Assembly (NCBI RefSeq): GCF_016433145.1
Contig: NC_058133.1
Location: forward strand, 312,207,644-312,271,643
Length of the DNA stretch: 64,000 nucleotides
Direction of reading: 5' to 3'
Source of the DNA: Gracilinanus agilis
Lineage: Eukaryota
Shown: in pieces, positions 51,570 through 63,526 of the stretch
Position numbering within the stretch: the stretch's first letter is position 1
Layout of the letters: every line of letters begins with the position of its first letter
Made by a program: the position numbers and the translations under genes
Notes under the pieces: generated by a model
Seen by the model: the letters and a program-made list of their open reading frames with translations, nothing else
Database searches by the model: none
Told to the model about the DNA's origin: nothing

Positions 51570-52000
51570 AGTCAAGTCTTTTAGGAGAAAAAAAATTTTG
51601 GTAATGCTAAATAGGATGAGGCAGGAGGACCAATTAGGAGACTGTTACCAGAATGCAAATAAGAGGTGATGAGGACCTGAATGAGGCAGTGATGGTGTGA
51701 GCAGAGAGAAGGAGACAGATGAAGAGAATTTTAAAATGTATAAGGGACAAGATCTGAGTTATTTTGTGGGGTGAGACTTGGGTCATGAATTTGGGTAACT
51801 GGATTTTGATATCTTCAAGAAATGGGTAAGTTCAGAAGAAAGATGGATTCGAGAGGAAATAAGAGTTCAACTAAAGGTTTGTTAAGTTTGAGATGCTTAC
51901 AGGACATACTATTGGAAATAGTCAGTAGGCAATTAGAGATGCTTGTGTGGGAAACACCAAGGAAAGGAAAGGTTGAAGGCCAGCAATGTTACCACTTAAA
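51570..52000 (-). mobile_element. L2 fragment
   Basis: gaccaattaggagactgttacc..gaggtgatgaggacctgaatgaggcagtg..taagtttgagatgcttacaggacat. Confidence 0.7.
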
Positions 52001-52312
52001 CATTCTGGAACTAATTCACAGGTCAAATTTTATTATTGTTTAAATCCTTTCTTTTATTAGCTAAGTAAACATTTTTAGCACTTTCTTTTCCTATCTTTTA
52101 TAGATGGATGATTCAAGCCAAAAACTTGACTTAGAAATCTGAATAATTAATTTGTCTCTCTGCATTATCAAGTGAATTAAATAATGCAAAAATTCACCAC
52201 ACTCTGTGCTATATTGATGTCATTGGTGAAGTATAAAGTATAATGACTACAGGTAAAATCAACCAGCTACTTTGGTCTTTAACCCTATCTCTACAAAAGT
52301 CCAAGGGGTATT

Positions 52313-53025
52313 TTATTTTTAATATATCTTTTATTTTCCCAATTACTTGCAACAGCAATTTTCAATATATATTTAACAAAATTATAAGATCCAAATTGGC
52401 TTCTTCCTTCCTTTCTTCTCCCCCCCCCCTGCAGAGATGGTAAGCAACTTGATCTGAATTATACATGTATTATGCAAAACTTACTTCCATGCTGGTTGTT
52501 GTAAAAGAATGCTCATATAAAAACAAAACCTACAAATAAACTAAAGTGAAAAATAGTTGATCTGCATTCTTACTCCAACAGTTCTTTCTCTGGGGTGGAT
52601 AGCAGTCTTTGTCATAAGTCCTTCACAATTGTCCTGGATCATTGTACTGCTGAGAATAATTGTCTTTCACAGTTGCTCATGCTATAATATTACTCTTTCT
52701 GTGTACAATGTTCTACTAGTTCTGCTTATTTCTCTCTGAATTAGTTCCTGTAGGTCTTTCTAGCTTTTTCTGAAATCATCCTGCCCATTATTCTTATAGC
52801 ACAAAAGTATTACATCACCACCATATATCACAATTTGTTCAGCCAATCTACAATTAACAGACATCCCCTCCATTTGCAATTACTTACCACCATACAAAAA
52901 GCTGCTATAAATATTTTTATACAAGTAGGTCCTCCCCTTCCTTTCTTAAAATTTCTTCAGGACAGACCTAGTAGTAGTATTACAAGATCAAATGGTATAC
53001 ATAGTTATAAGTCCTTTGGGCATAC
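52313..53025 (-). mobile_element. Older marsupial L1 3' end, antisense
   Basis: T-rich start; ggggtggatagcagtctttgtcataagtcc..ggatcattgtactgctgagaat..cacaatttgttcagccaatc. Confidence 0.85.
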
Positions 53026-53335
53026 TAAGAGTTCTTAATTGAATCTTCTCAAATCATTTTTCTTAATGATTGTAATCTTACAATGGATTTTTCTCCACTG
53101 GATATAAATTATTAATGTAAATTTATATACATAAATAACAAACGCATAATTAAAAGCTGCAAATATTTATTAAGTGACTATTGTGTGAAGAGCACTGAGA
53201 ACTGTGCTAGTCACTGGTGATCTACAATGTTTAAAAATGTCCCTGCCCTTAGGAAGCTTACACTCTAGTAGGACCATATGGCCCATGAAAAAATAACTTT
53301 AGTTTATAATAATGTGTTCTAAAAGTAGGAGCAAA

Positions 53336-53540
53336 GGGGCAGTTGATAGCTTAGTAGATAGAGAAGCAGGCCTGGAGATAAGAAGTCTAGGGTTCAAATC
53401 TGTCTTTAGACACTTCCTAGTTATGTGGCCCTGGGCAAGTCACTTCACCCCTATTATCTAGTCCTTAACACTCTTCTTCTCCTTTGGAACCAATACTCAG
53501 TATCTCTTCTAAAACAGAAATTAAGGGTTTAAAAAAAAGA
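53336..53540 (+). mobile_element. SINE1_Mdo-related SINE
   Basis: ggggcagttgatagcttagtagatagag..gggttcaaatc..ccttaacactcttc..ggaaccaatactcagtat..taagggtttaaaaaaaa. Confidence 0.88.
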
Positions 53541-53778
53541 AGCAAAATGGTATATTAGGTCAAGGGATGAAAGGGTCATTATTAATTTGGAAGATCAGAG
53601 AGGACTTCTCAGATCTGGTAGTTTGATAGATTGATTAATTGGAGAAGATGAAATAGGATTGGTCTATCAAATATTAATGAGTTAGATAGCAAGAGAATTG
53701 TAGGCATAGGGAATGGTATAAGCAAAAGAAGGAAGGAGCAAGAAGTCCTTTTTGGGTGGGAGTGGGCATTATGAACTA

Positions 53779-54176
53779 TGGAGAATCAAGGGGTTAAATT
53801 CCCCCAAAATCTCCCTCCTCTAACCTGTAAGTTCACAAAGAGGACACAAGTGCAGAGAAGAGAGCAATGTATCCTTGAGAAAGATATGGAAAGCAGAGAG
53901 AATTCTCCTCCCTGCCTCCAGAGGCCAAACTCTAGCCAAAACCATATGTGTTGACTGTTTGATTCTGATTATGCATTAAGCTTAGTTCCCACAAGAAAAG
54001 AGATAATTTAGGAACTGCTTCTAGTTTAGGTGGAAGCAGTAGCCTAAAGCCTGTTGATAGAGTAACATGGTGGATTAAAACTAGATTGGTGTAAACCTGC
54101 AGTGTGTGAGAGTCTCTCCTCCCTCTGCCCTAGGCTACCCCTCAATCCCAATCCTTGGATCCCCAAAATGGCGACA
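53779..54176 (+). mobile_element. Putative solo LTR or unclassified 398-bp insertion in an L2 background
   Basis: TG...CA ends, ATTAAA about 100 bp before the right end, flanked by direct repeat ATGAACTA(TG) at 53771 and 54177. Confidence 0.5.
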
Positions 54177-54756
54177 ATGAACTATGATTGGAAAGGAAAG
54201 GAAGCTTCAGTGTGTGAGGGCAGAGTAAACTGAACTTTATTCAGTCCCTAATAGGTAACGAGTGGAGGCTTATGAGCAGAACAATAATTATTTGGAGAGG
54301 GGAAGAGTCTAGAAGAGAAGACTGGTTGGTTGTTGACCAGGAAGATAGATATGAGGAACTGTACTTGAGTGTCATTGACAGGAAAAGAAAAAAAAGGTAT
54401 GAACCCAAGAGATGTTGAAAAGCTACAATTGATAAGCTTTGGTTACTAAATTAGAGGTAAGAGAAGAGAAGACAATTCCAACTTTTTGATTGCTAAAGAG
54501 CGAATATCAGTGCTATTGAAATAAGTAGTGAAGTCAAGAAAAGGCATAGATTTTTAGGGAAAGATAACATGTTTGATAATCTAAATCATCACTGAGGTGT
54601 TTGTGGAATATCCAAGTGTACACACTTTTAAATAGTTCAAGAAATAGAACTAGAGCATGGGAGAGAAATCCAAACTGAAAATATAGACTAGAGAGACAAA
54701 TCTATAAAGATAGATAGATATGAAGTATATCTATAGATATATAAACTATATCTGTG

Positions 54757-54824
<68 letters not shown>
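54757..54824 (+). repeat. (TATC)n tetranucleotide microsatellite
   Basis: About 17 TATC units. Confidence 0.97.
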
Positions 54825-54829
<5 letters not shown>

Positions 54830-55934
54830 ATTTATACGTATGTTTATACAATGGGGAGTGTCTGAAATTGCTAACAAAAAGAGAGGAAGAACAAAAACAG
54901 AACTTTGGAAAACCTCACTTGATAAAGAAGAGCCATCAAAGGAGTTTCATAATGAATGGTCAGAGCACAGATGGAAAATGAAAGAGATTATAATTTCTTT
55001 GAAGCCAAGGGTAAAGAGGGTATTTACTAGAAATCTGAAGTGATTTAACATGTAGGGAACAGTGTTATAATAAGAAAAAAACTGAGAATTGCAAAACTTC
55101 TTAGGAAACAATTACAAACTCCATATTAAAATTACACAAGTTGGTATATATATATACTCAGTATAGATTTTTTATTTCATTAGTGTAGCCTGGAAGAATC
55201 AGTGAGATCAGAGGTTCTGGAGATTTTTGAACTTTGGAAAACAATATTTTGGTAATCATTATTCAATAGAACACTCAATCCTAAGACTTTGCTACTTCTC
55301 AAACTGTCTTTATTTGTCCTTTTGTTGATTTTACTAATCAGTTAATCCACTTATTTATTTTTTTTGTTTGTTTGTTTAAAGACTGGAACTACCCTCTCTT
55401 GTCCAGTAATACCACTATTAGAATTGTTCACAGGAATGCTTTTTTAGAATTTGGCATTTGCATCTCCATAGGGCTGTTCATATGTTCCTCTATTGTATTT
55501 GTCATTCCTTAGGATAGTTGTGGATTGTTTTTGATGTCTTTTAGACAACTCTTCAATGGAAGGAGAATTGGTTCTGCAGACAGGATCTGGATTCAAATCC
55601 TACATCTAATGACTGAGCAAATCAATTAACTTTCCTCATTTTCCTAACTTGTAAAGTGAAAGAGTTGGAATAGATAACCAGCTTCAGATCTGAGATATAA
55701 TAATTTATGATATTGCTGATGCCATTACTTCCTCTATTAATCCAGATCACAATTTCTACTTGCCTTAGGAAATAGTTATTGTGCCTCATTTCCACAACTG
55801 ACCCCATCAAAATGTTCAACATCTATTGACTAGTCTTTTCTAGCTTCTTTCTCCAAACCTTCTCTGATGAACTTCTCTCCCCGTGAATTTAGGCTGACAG
55901 ATACACAGTTGCCAAGTCTCTTTGTTCTGTTGTT

Positions 55935-56090
55935 TTAGACATATCTGACTCTTCATTACCCCATTTGGAGTTTTCTTTGGCAAAGATATTGCAGTGGCTT
56001 ACCATTTCCTTCTTCAGCTCATTTTATAGGTGAGGAAACTGAGGCAAACAGAGTTAAATTTGCCCAGGATCACACAGCTAATAATGTCTG
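55935..56090 (-). mobile_element. Mar1 SINE, antisense
   Basis: cccatttggagttttctttggcaaagatattgcagtggcttaccatttccttcttcagctcattttataggtgaggaaactgaggc. Confidence 0.85.
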
Positions 56091-57849
56091 AGATCTTTAC
56101 TTGAAGCTTTTCCAGCTTGTTAGGACCTGCCAGTTTGCACTTCATTGATATAGCCTTTAAAATTCTAGGATGTTTTTTGTGTCAAAATGAAGCATTAAAA
56201 ATGGCATTTTGGAGGCCTTTTAATGGTTTTCCTTTTAATTAAAAAAAGTCTGTCCGGTCAAAAAAAATTGCATGGGAGCAGGGGGAGCACAGAACTGGTC
56301 TGAACAAAACACAAGTTGTTGAAAGCAATTATTCCAAGAAGATTCAGCAATCATATTTTGGTGTACATCTCATAGAAGGACACTTTGATAAATTCTGGCC
56401 ATTGGTCTAGGGGATTCTTGGTTTTATGCTTGCATTCTTGAAAATTTAACAAAGTAATTCAGAGAACTCTCTATAATTTTGATATTTATCTAGGCTATGC
56501 AAATATAAACTGAAAAGTAAAAGTGCAAATGGAATATTTTAGTTCTTTCTTGCCTTCACTAGCACTTTGGACAAGGGTAGAGGAATTTCTGTTAAGTCTA
56601 TCTAAAAGGTATTGCCTTTGACTTTCAAAGGGCAATTTATCTTCCGAGTTAGTGATGTTTTTAAATGGTCTTCAGCCATTAAAAGAGTAATATGAATTTA
56701 TAATGTTATAAATAAATTCCAACTGAAAACTATGAGATGCTGCGGGGGTGTTGGAGGGATGGGAGTAAAGCATATTTGTTATGTATCGACTTTTGGGGGT
56801 GAGAGGGTGAGAATCAGTGTTTAAACATAAAATTCTGTATTTCCTCCTAAACCTGATAGAAAGTTGGAGCTGGGATAATAAATCCTCTCTTTGCATATGT
56901 GAAAATACAATTCTAATCATTCCAAGCAAATACAATGGTTCTTAACTTTCCTTTCCCCTCTTAATTTTTGGATAAGCCCAGACTATACTTTATAAGTATT
57001 GTTAATTCCAATTATTGACTCAATTGGATCAGTTGCTATAGTATTTGAACATTTCATAAAATGATATCCAATACATCTCATTTCTTAGTGGGCCCATTGG
57101 AACTGGGGAGAGAAAAAATGGGATTTCTCCCAGATGTAGAGAATAAGAGGTCCCTGCTTTTCCCAGGCAGCAGCCACAGACGATTTATCTACTACCATTA
57201 GATTCAAATACAGCCAGAACACTATTGCTATTTTGGCTACCAAACACTTTATTTAATGTGGTCAAGGCCTTCCCTACACTTGACCTCAATTTCTCCTCTG
57301 ATTACTTTGAAGGCAATTTTCCTCCACTCCTATTCTAGTGGCCCATTTCAAATTCATTCCTATTTACATAGAGTTCTCTCAGCAAACCTTTTTTTTTCCT
57401 CCCTGAGGCAAAAGACCTCATAAAAACCCCACTAAAATAAATATTTCAATGGAGGTAACTTCCCTAAAGCTTTTGCTTAAGAGTAGTTAGATCTATCTAC
57501 TTAGTAGGTGAGTATTTGCAAGTATACTGAGGTGGTAGCTAAGTTGTAAAAGCCATTTTGATTATGACATCTTTTGCCATAGCATCTAGCAAGCCCTAGG
57601 TGAAGTACTGGCTTCTGCTAGAAAAACCATTTTTTTTTCAGCTATCCAATTACAGTATCCAAGGAAGGTTGAGGGGAAGATTTACAGAATAATTTTTAAA
57701 TCTTCTCATCATTGGAAGATCTCAAAACAGTTCAGCAAGAGGGGCTATTATCTTAATAAGTAAAGGATGAGGGTTAATCTGGAATTTTGGAGCTGAAAGA
57801 AGTGAGTATTTGAGGAATTCCACCTTCCTTGCTGCTCCAATTGCAGAGA

Positions 57850-58180
57850 TGCCTCTGCGTCATTAACCAGTCCACCATAGTAATTGTAGCTGCTTCTCCA
57901 TCTTAACCTTCACACTTTAACCCCTTGTTTCTGCTGCATTCCATAGTTTAGAGAAATTACTATGATTCCCTACCCCCTGCTTCCTTGCTAGGTTGAAGGC
58001 TATGGGCTGTTTTGAAAGGCACAAACCAGACACTGGGGCGGGAAACCCCTCTCTAGGTGTGATGGCTTCCAACCACAAATGGCCAAGCAGTGGGCCACCT
58101 GTGGGTAATGATGATGAAGGCTTGGAAGGCCGTGAGGCCAGATCCTGAGACTTTCCCTTAATCTGTGAGTCACTCAGCCT
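57850..58180. promoter_or_regulatory. Candidate inducible enhancer (NF-kB, AP-1, RUNX, GC-box and half-CRE motifs)
   Basis: TGCGTCA 57856, GGGGCGGG 58035, GGGAAACCCC 58040, AACCACA 58071, GAGACTTTCCC 58147, TGAGTCA 58166, in a GC-richer stretch with no repeat I recognise. Confidence 0.35.
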
Positions 58181-58699
58181 TGCATGCCTGGTATCTCCAG
58201 GCTCATCATGCCTTACCTCCTCACTCCAGAATTCCTACTTATGACTTTGTTCTATTGAACAAACCTTTAAAGGCAGTGCTCTACTCTGATGAAGCCAAGT
58301 GCTCTCTAGGCAAGTGTTTTTAAAGTAATTTCTTCAATAGATATACGAATTGCATCTTAAGGTGAGCAAATATTCAAATTTCTCAAAAAGCTGCTCAGAC
58401 CAAAATGAAAATTGAGATCCAGATATGATGTCCTATTCATGTGGACTAGATTCAAGAGTGTATGTACACACAGATGCATGGGGCTTCCTAGATTGTTAGG
58501 ACACATTGAAGGGAAAATAGGTTGATTGAAAAGGACTCATTGGCCAAACAGAAGAGGAAGTAAATATTTTTAAAGGAATAAAATTCCTTTAATTTAATTC
58601 CTAAATATTCAATTCTTGAAATGTTATATTAAGTAGTCATTTTTCAAACAGAACAGGTCATGTTTTAGAATTTCAATCAAAAATTGTCTTTTTTTATTC

Positions 58700-58860
58700 T
58701 ATAGGTTCATAGATTTATAACTGGAAGTGATCTTCAAGACCTTTGAGGCCAACCACTTTATTTTGCAGCTGAAAAAAAAGAGGTTAAAATGACTTGCCCA
58801 AGATCACACATCTAGTAACTGTCAGAAGCAAATTTTGAACTAAGTTCCCAGCACTCTTTC
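58700..58860 (-). mobile_element. MIR3-like SINE, antisense
   Basis: aggttcatagatttataactggaagtgatcttcaagacc..gaggttaaaatgacttgcccaagatcacac. Confidence 0.7.
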
Positions 58861-58916
58861 TATAATAAGACCTATATATAATTAGAATTTGCTCCCCAGA
58901 ACTCTAAATCCTAGCT

Positions 58917-59370
58917 TGCCATGTTCCTTCTCCTAACATTCATATGTCAATAGTCACTGTTATTGATTATCTAGTCAGGAAGACTATTAGTCTTAAGGAG
59001 CCAAGTGTTGAATAGTCAGTGCTATTGATTATCTAGTCAGGAAGAAAAAGTATGATTATGTCTTGAAAGATATGCTATATATTACATGTAGGGTATTTCT
59101 TCTCAATCCACAAGAAGAGGAGTGCTAACATAGAGAGAATATAAATTTTGTGTAGCTCTGCCCCCTCTCTCTCTTCTCCCCTGATTGTGGCTAGGAAAGA
59201 GGGCTTTATGCCAACCAGGAGAATCTATACACTTGGGCTTACTTTTTGTTAAATAATTAGGTTTGAATTTCTATTTCTTTTAGTTTATTTTCTTTCTACT
59301 TCAAGTGATTATTAATAAACTTTATACAATGTAATACTTGGAGTTATTGTATATTAATTTAAATCTTACA
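58917..59370 (-). mobile_element. LTR-like element, antisense; left boundary uncertain
   Basis: Minus strand starts TGTAAGATTTAAATTAAT, like recalled opossum ERV LTR starts; possible flanking repeat CCTAGCT at 58910 and 59371; partial second copy at 63393. Confidence 0.55.
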
Positions 59371-60299
59371 CCTAGCTTAGTGTTCTAACTAAGTGAGGCT
59401 TTTCAATCATTCAGTCCTCAGGAATAGATAGAATATTTGTCAAATCTGATTTTGTTCTCTGCTTTCTATGTCATTTGAGGTCACTAAAACTTCAAAAACA
59501 TTCAAATATTGTTAGCAAGAGGTCTTATTCTTTTCAAAGTAGTCTGCATTTCTTTCTGGTTACCATACAAAAGCATAAACATTAGAAATAGTCTGCTGCA
59601 ATTAAAATTTACATTCTAGACAGATTCAGGTTTTTTAAATATGCAGATGAAGATTGACTCTAAAATCATTTGGGAATCAAACTTCAATATGTTTTTAAAA
59701 TATTTTGAATATATTAGATGTGCTTTTCATAACCAGTTTTCCCTCATATTGAAACTCAAACGTGGTGAAATGCTACTATGGACTTAGCTATTACATTTGG
59801 CCAGACCTTAAGATGAATATGCTAAAAATCCTGCTAGAGAAACTATTTGTTAAAACATTGCCTGATTATTCTGAAATTAAAGAATTCAGATGGTTTAGAT
59901 AAATAGCATTTTTTTACATGATTCTCAAAACTATATCTGAATGTTAATAGCACTTTGAGATCTATCTAACCAGACTTTACCAAATCTGCTTTCATTTCCC
60001 CTTGTGTGGTAAGAAAGTACATGGTGCTACTTTCCCCCCTTTATATCAAAATAAGGCATCACACAGAATTGATTATGTTCAATTTTTTTCTGTTTCTAAT
60101 AGAGGTCAGAACACCTGGACAGAACTGTTAAAAGGCTTTAACAATGAGATTTTTAACATTGAAATCAATGAATGATTAATTTATATGCAATGACTTTTAA
60201 AAGTGCCAAAATTTTCAAGTTTCTGTGTTCTTTGAAAAAATAATACAAATAATTTATAATTTTTGGAAGGAATAGGAGGTGGTAGGATAAATTAAGTAA

Positions 60300-60525
60300 T
60301 GGCAGGTTGCTGACATAGTGGATAGAATGTTGTAGTTAGGAACACCTGAATCCAAATAGTACCCCCTACCTTTATAGTTGTGACCCTGGGCAAGTCACTT
60401 AGCCTATAAGATTCCTAATCTGTAAAACAGGGATTATAATGTAGTCCCTAATTCACAGAGTTGTTGTGAGGATCAGATGAATTTTAAAACACATTTGTAG
60501 ACTAAAGCACCATATAAATATTAAC
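60300..60525 (+). mobile_element. MIR SINE
   Basis: catagtggatagaatgttg..tgtgaccctgggcaagtcactt..ctgtaaaacagggattataat..gttgttgtgaggatcagatga. Confidence 0.75.
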
Positions 60526-60718
60526 TAGTAGCAGGCACAAATAACCCTGATTAACCAAAAATTATATTTCCATGTAAAACAGGGTTTTAATGAGTATCAG
60601 GATTCCAGTGGTATGTTTTCTTGCTTAAAGACCTATTAATCATTAGATAATATTTAATCATTTGTTTGTTTGTGGTTTTGCACTTCTCTTTATAATATCT
60701 CTCTTTTTTCTTATATAT

Positions 60719-60770
60719 AACAGGTCCCCAAAGTCTTAAAAGTGCAGCAAGACTTTTGGAACACCATGTA
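60719..60770. mobile_element. Short Tc1/mariner-type MITE hairpin
   Basis: caggtccccaaagtctt-aaaagtgcagc-aagacttttggaacaccatg: imperfect palindrome in a TA-rich context. Confidence 0.6.
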
Positions 60771-60962
60771 TAATAATATATGCACATATATTAAAAGGCA
60801 GTAAGTTAGCAAAGATTTTTTTTCTAAAACTTCTGTAGCAAATTAATGTTAAATTTGTTTAAATATTTTTAAAATGATTTCTTTAAATAAAATAAAAACA
60901 CAACAAATTACATAATGACCAAAAAAAAAAACTAGCTAGGAAGACCTTTGCATGATCTTGGT

Positions 60963-61575
60963 AAGTGATGGCAAACCTTTTATTTTTTTTTAACCCTTAA
61001 CTTCTGTGTATTGGCTCCTAAGTGGAAGAGTGGTAAGTGTGGGCAATGGGGGTCAAGTGACTTACCCAGGGTCACACAGCTGGGAAATGTCTGAGGCCGG
61101 CTTTGAACCTAGGACCTCCCGTCTCTAGGCCTGACTCTCAATCCACTGAGCTACCTAGCTGCCCCCGATGGCAAACCTTTTAGAGATTGAGTGCCTTGCC
61201 CTTCCTCCCACCAAGTGCCGGACATGTCCTTCCCAGCCCCCTTTCTGCACACAGGGGAGAGAGAATGCACTCCCACGGGGCTGTTTGGCAGAGGGAGAGG
61301 GGATTGAGAATTATCCTCAGTGAATGTAGAGAGGAGGAAAGGAATTGCCCAGGAGCTCAACTCCCCTTCAGCTCTGCCACCTGTGAGTCACCCACCTTAC
61401 CTCCTATGAGCTCCCATTGGGCTGCTGGGCAGAGGGGCAGGGGATGTGAAAAAATGTTGTCAGGCACAGTGGAGAGGGGGAGGGGAGCAGCTCTACCCAA
61501 TTTCCTCTGCCTTTCTAGTAATGAACTTGGAGGGGGGTGGAGTTTGGCACGCGTTGCATAGGTTCACCATCATTG
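60963..61575 (+). mobile_element. Non-autonomous hAT MITE (same family as 21537-21913) carrying a SINE
   Basis: TIRs (A)AGTGATGGCAAACCT ... AGGTTCACCATCATTG; 8-bp TSD ATCTTGGT/ATCTAGGT (1 mismatch); interior similar to the 21.5-kb copy. Confidence 0.92.
60983..61166 (-). mobile_element. SINE1_Mdo-like SINE, antisense, inserted in the MITE left terminus
   Basis: Full antisense SINE; 16-bp TSD GATGGCAAACCTTTTA at 60967-60982 and 61167-61182. Confidence 0.95.
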
Positions 61576-62439
61576 ATCTAGGTCATAACCATAAGCTTAT
61601 GTAAAAATTTCAAGCTATGTATTTCATTTCATATTGAAATTTCATGAGTAATTATCCACTTCATTCAGAAATATGTTAAATTTTTCTAATAATGCACACA
61701 TTTATTCATTGTCATTCCACTGACCATGTTATGCTAATTTCACAACTGCTAAAATAAATCACTAGAAAGCAGAATCAAGCAGTAGCCCTGTAATGTTATT
61801 AGCCTAGTCAAAGATCCTACTAAAAAGATTGAGTTCTAAATTTCCAATAATTTCATAGATAAGTCTTAGAGACTCACTTGAGGCTCTGAGAGATAAACTG
61901 ACTTTTCTCACGGTAATCACTAGTGTTGGAAGTAAAATTCAAATGCAGGATTTTCCCAACTCCAGAATTTCATTCATGATACCATACCATTTCTCAGGTA
62001 GTGCTGTAGTGAATAAATGACACAATTTTTTATTGAACTTTTTTTGCATACTTTTACACTCAAGAAGGAAACTGTTATTGTAGGAAGACACAAACAAAGA
62101 GACCACAGATGTAATCCAGTGATGATTCATGCATATTATAAAACATTTGACTATTTTATTCTGAAGCTATGTGTGCTCACAAAAAGCTAATTTTTTTGTC
62201 AGAGTTCTACTCTTAAGCATGTTAATTTTCTGTAAGACATCTCCTCTAGTAATTAAATATTGTTTGATTTATCTTAGTCTAAAGAACAAGTGCAGTGCTT
62301 TACATGGAGTTAGCTACTCAGTAAATACTGATGATCAAAAAAATGATGTTCCTGTTTTAGGGGGAAAAATTGTTCATACAAAGAGGCACCATATTGGAAT
62401 GAATAGTAACTGGTCTCAGTCTATATCCACCTCTGATAC

Positions 62440-62600
62440 ATACTGATTCTGTGAACCTGAGCAAGTAATTAACCTCTTGCTGAGCCCCACAACCCAGAAT
62501 TCAATAAGCCTCTGAGGTGAAGAGAAGGTATCTTGTTCCATTGGTAAAGTGAGTTTCCTCACTGTAAAACTTCTTTACCAATGAAATCACAGCTCTGATT
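62440..62600 (+). mobile_element. Marsupial CORE-SINE (MdoRep1/MIR-Mars-like)
   Basis: ctctgatacatactgattctgtgaacctgagcaagtaattaacc..gagtttcctcactg..taccaatgaaatcacag. Confidence 0.6.
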
Positions 62601-63392
62601 TGAAAATAACAATTAAATGTTTAGGGAAAAGTAAGACATGAGCAATATGTTATATAGCTACATCTAATTATGTATTGTTATTCTATTATGCAAATAGTAA
62701 ATACATATTAAAATTGTGTTTGCTTAGACTAATTTGTCTTATTCCTAACTAAATGGCATTCATTAGTCAAATACTTTCTTGGTCTTGATTAATTATTTTA
62801 TTAAGAAGATATTTATATAATTAAGAAAGATAATCTTAGTATTAACTTTTCTGACATACTGTTAAAATACAGAAATGGAGAATATTCTTACTCACAGGTA
62901 TTTGGTATACATCTAGTATGCATTTATATTACTAGATACTCCTAAAACACTTTAAAATAGGAATGCTGGTAATGAATTCTCAGTGGCATTTACTTTAGGA
63001 AAAAGATAAAAGAAAGAAGATAATTTAAAATGAAAAAAACATAATTTGTGGCACAGCAGACTAGAAAGCAAAAGAAAAAAGATTTGACTGATCATCAGGA
63101 ATATATCCAAATGGTACAAATAAGAATAATTTATGTTCTAATCTAAATGTCTTTCATTGTCCTAATTTTTTGGATTACGTGGGACAGAATCATAATGGAT
63201 CTGCCAAATAAAGACAAAGGCATTGGACAATTGTTAGAGGATAAAGATTAGAGTCTTAGGAAGTGAAGAATTATTATAAATGTGTAAAGTCAGAAAAGGA
63301 AAGTGACAGAAGTAAGGAAATTTCTAGAGAGGAAAAAAAGAATAATGCTTTTTCAAGTGAGCTTAGCTTTACAATCACATATAAATAATGCT

Positions 63393-63526
63393 TAAGGACC
63401 CAAGTGTTGAATAGTCAGTGCTATTTATTATCTAGTCAGGAAGAAAGAAAAATATGATTATATCTTGAAAGATATGCTACATATCACATGTAGGGTATTT
63501 CTTCTCAATCCACAAGAAGAGGAGTA
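63393..63526 (-). repeat. Partial second copy of the 58.9-59.4 kb LTR-like element
   Basis: About 135 bp closely matching 58993-59126 (ttaagga.ccaagtgttgaatagtcagtgc..caatccacaagaagaggagt). Confidence 0.85.

Noticed and set aside
54720-55043. YLSI/SIYL-repeat ORFs
   Set aside because: Translation of the (TATC)n microsatellite.
55378-55400. gactggaactaccctctc resembling LF-SINE
   Set aside because: The match is under 20 bp and the flanks do not follow the recalled consensus.
55700-55920. Possible antisense CR1 RT fragment (GNCVSVSL resembling GNYRPVSL)
   Set aside because: Too degenerate to call by eye.
62890-62990. Minus-strand donor CCT|gtgagt
   Set aside because: All frames from nearby acceptors are closed and nothing else supports it.
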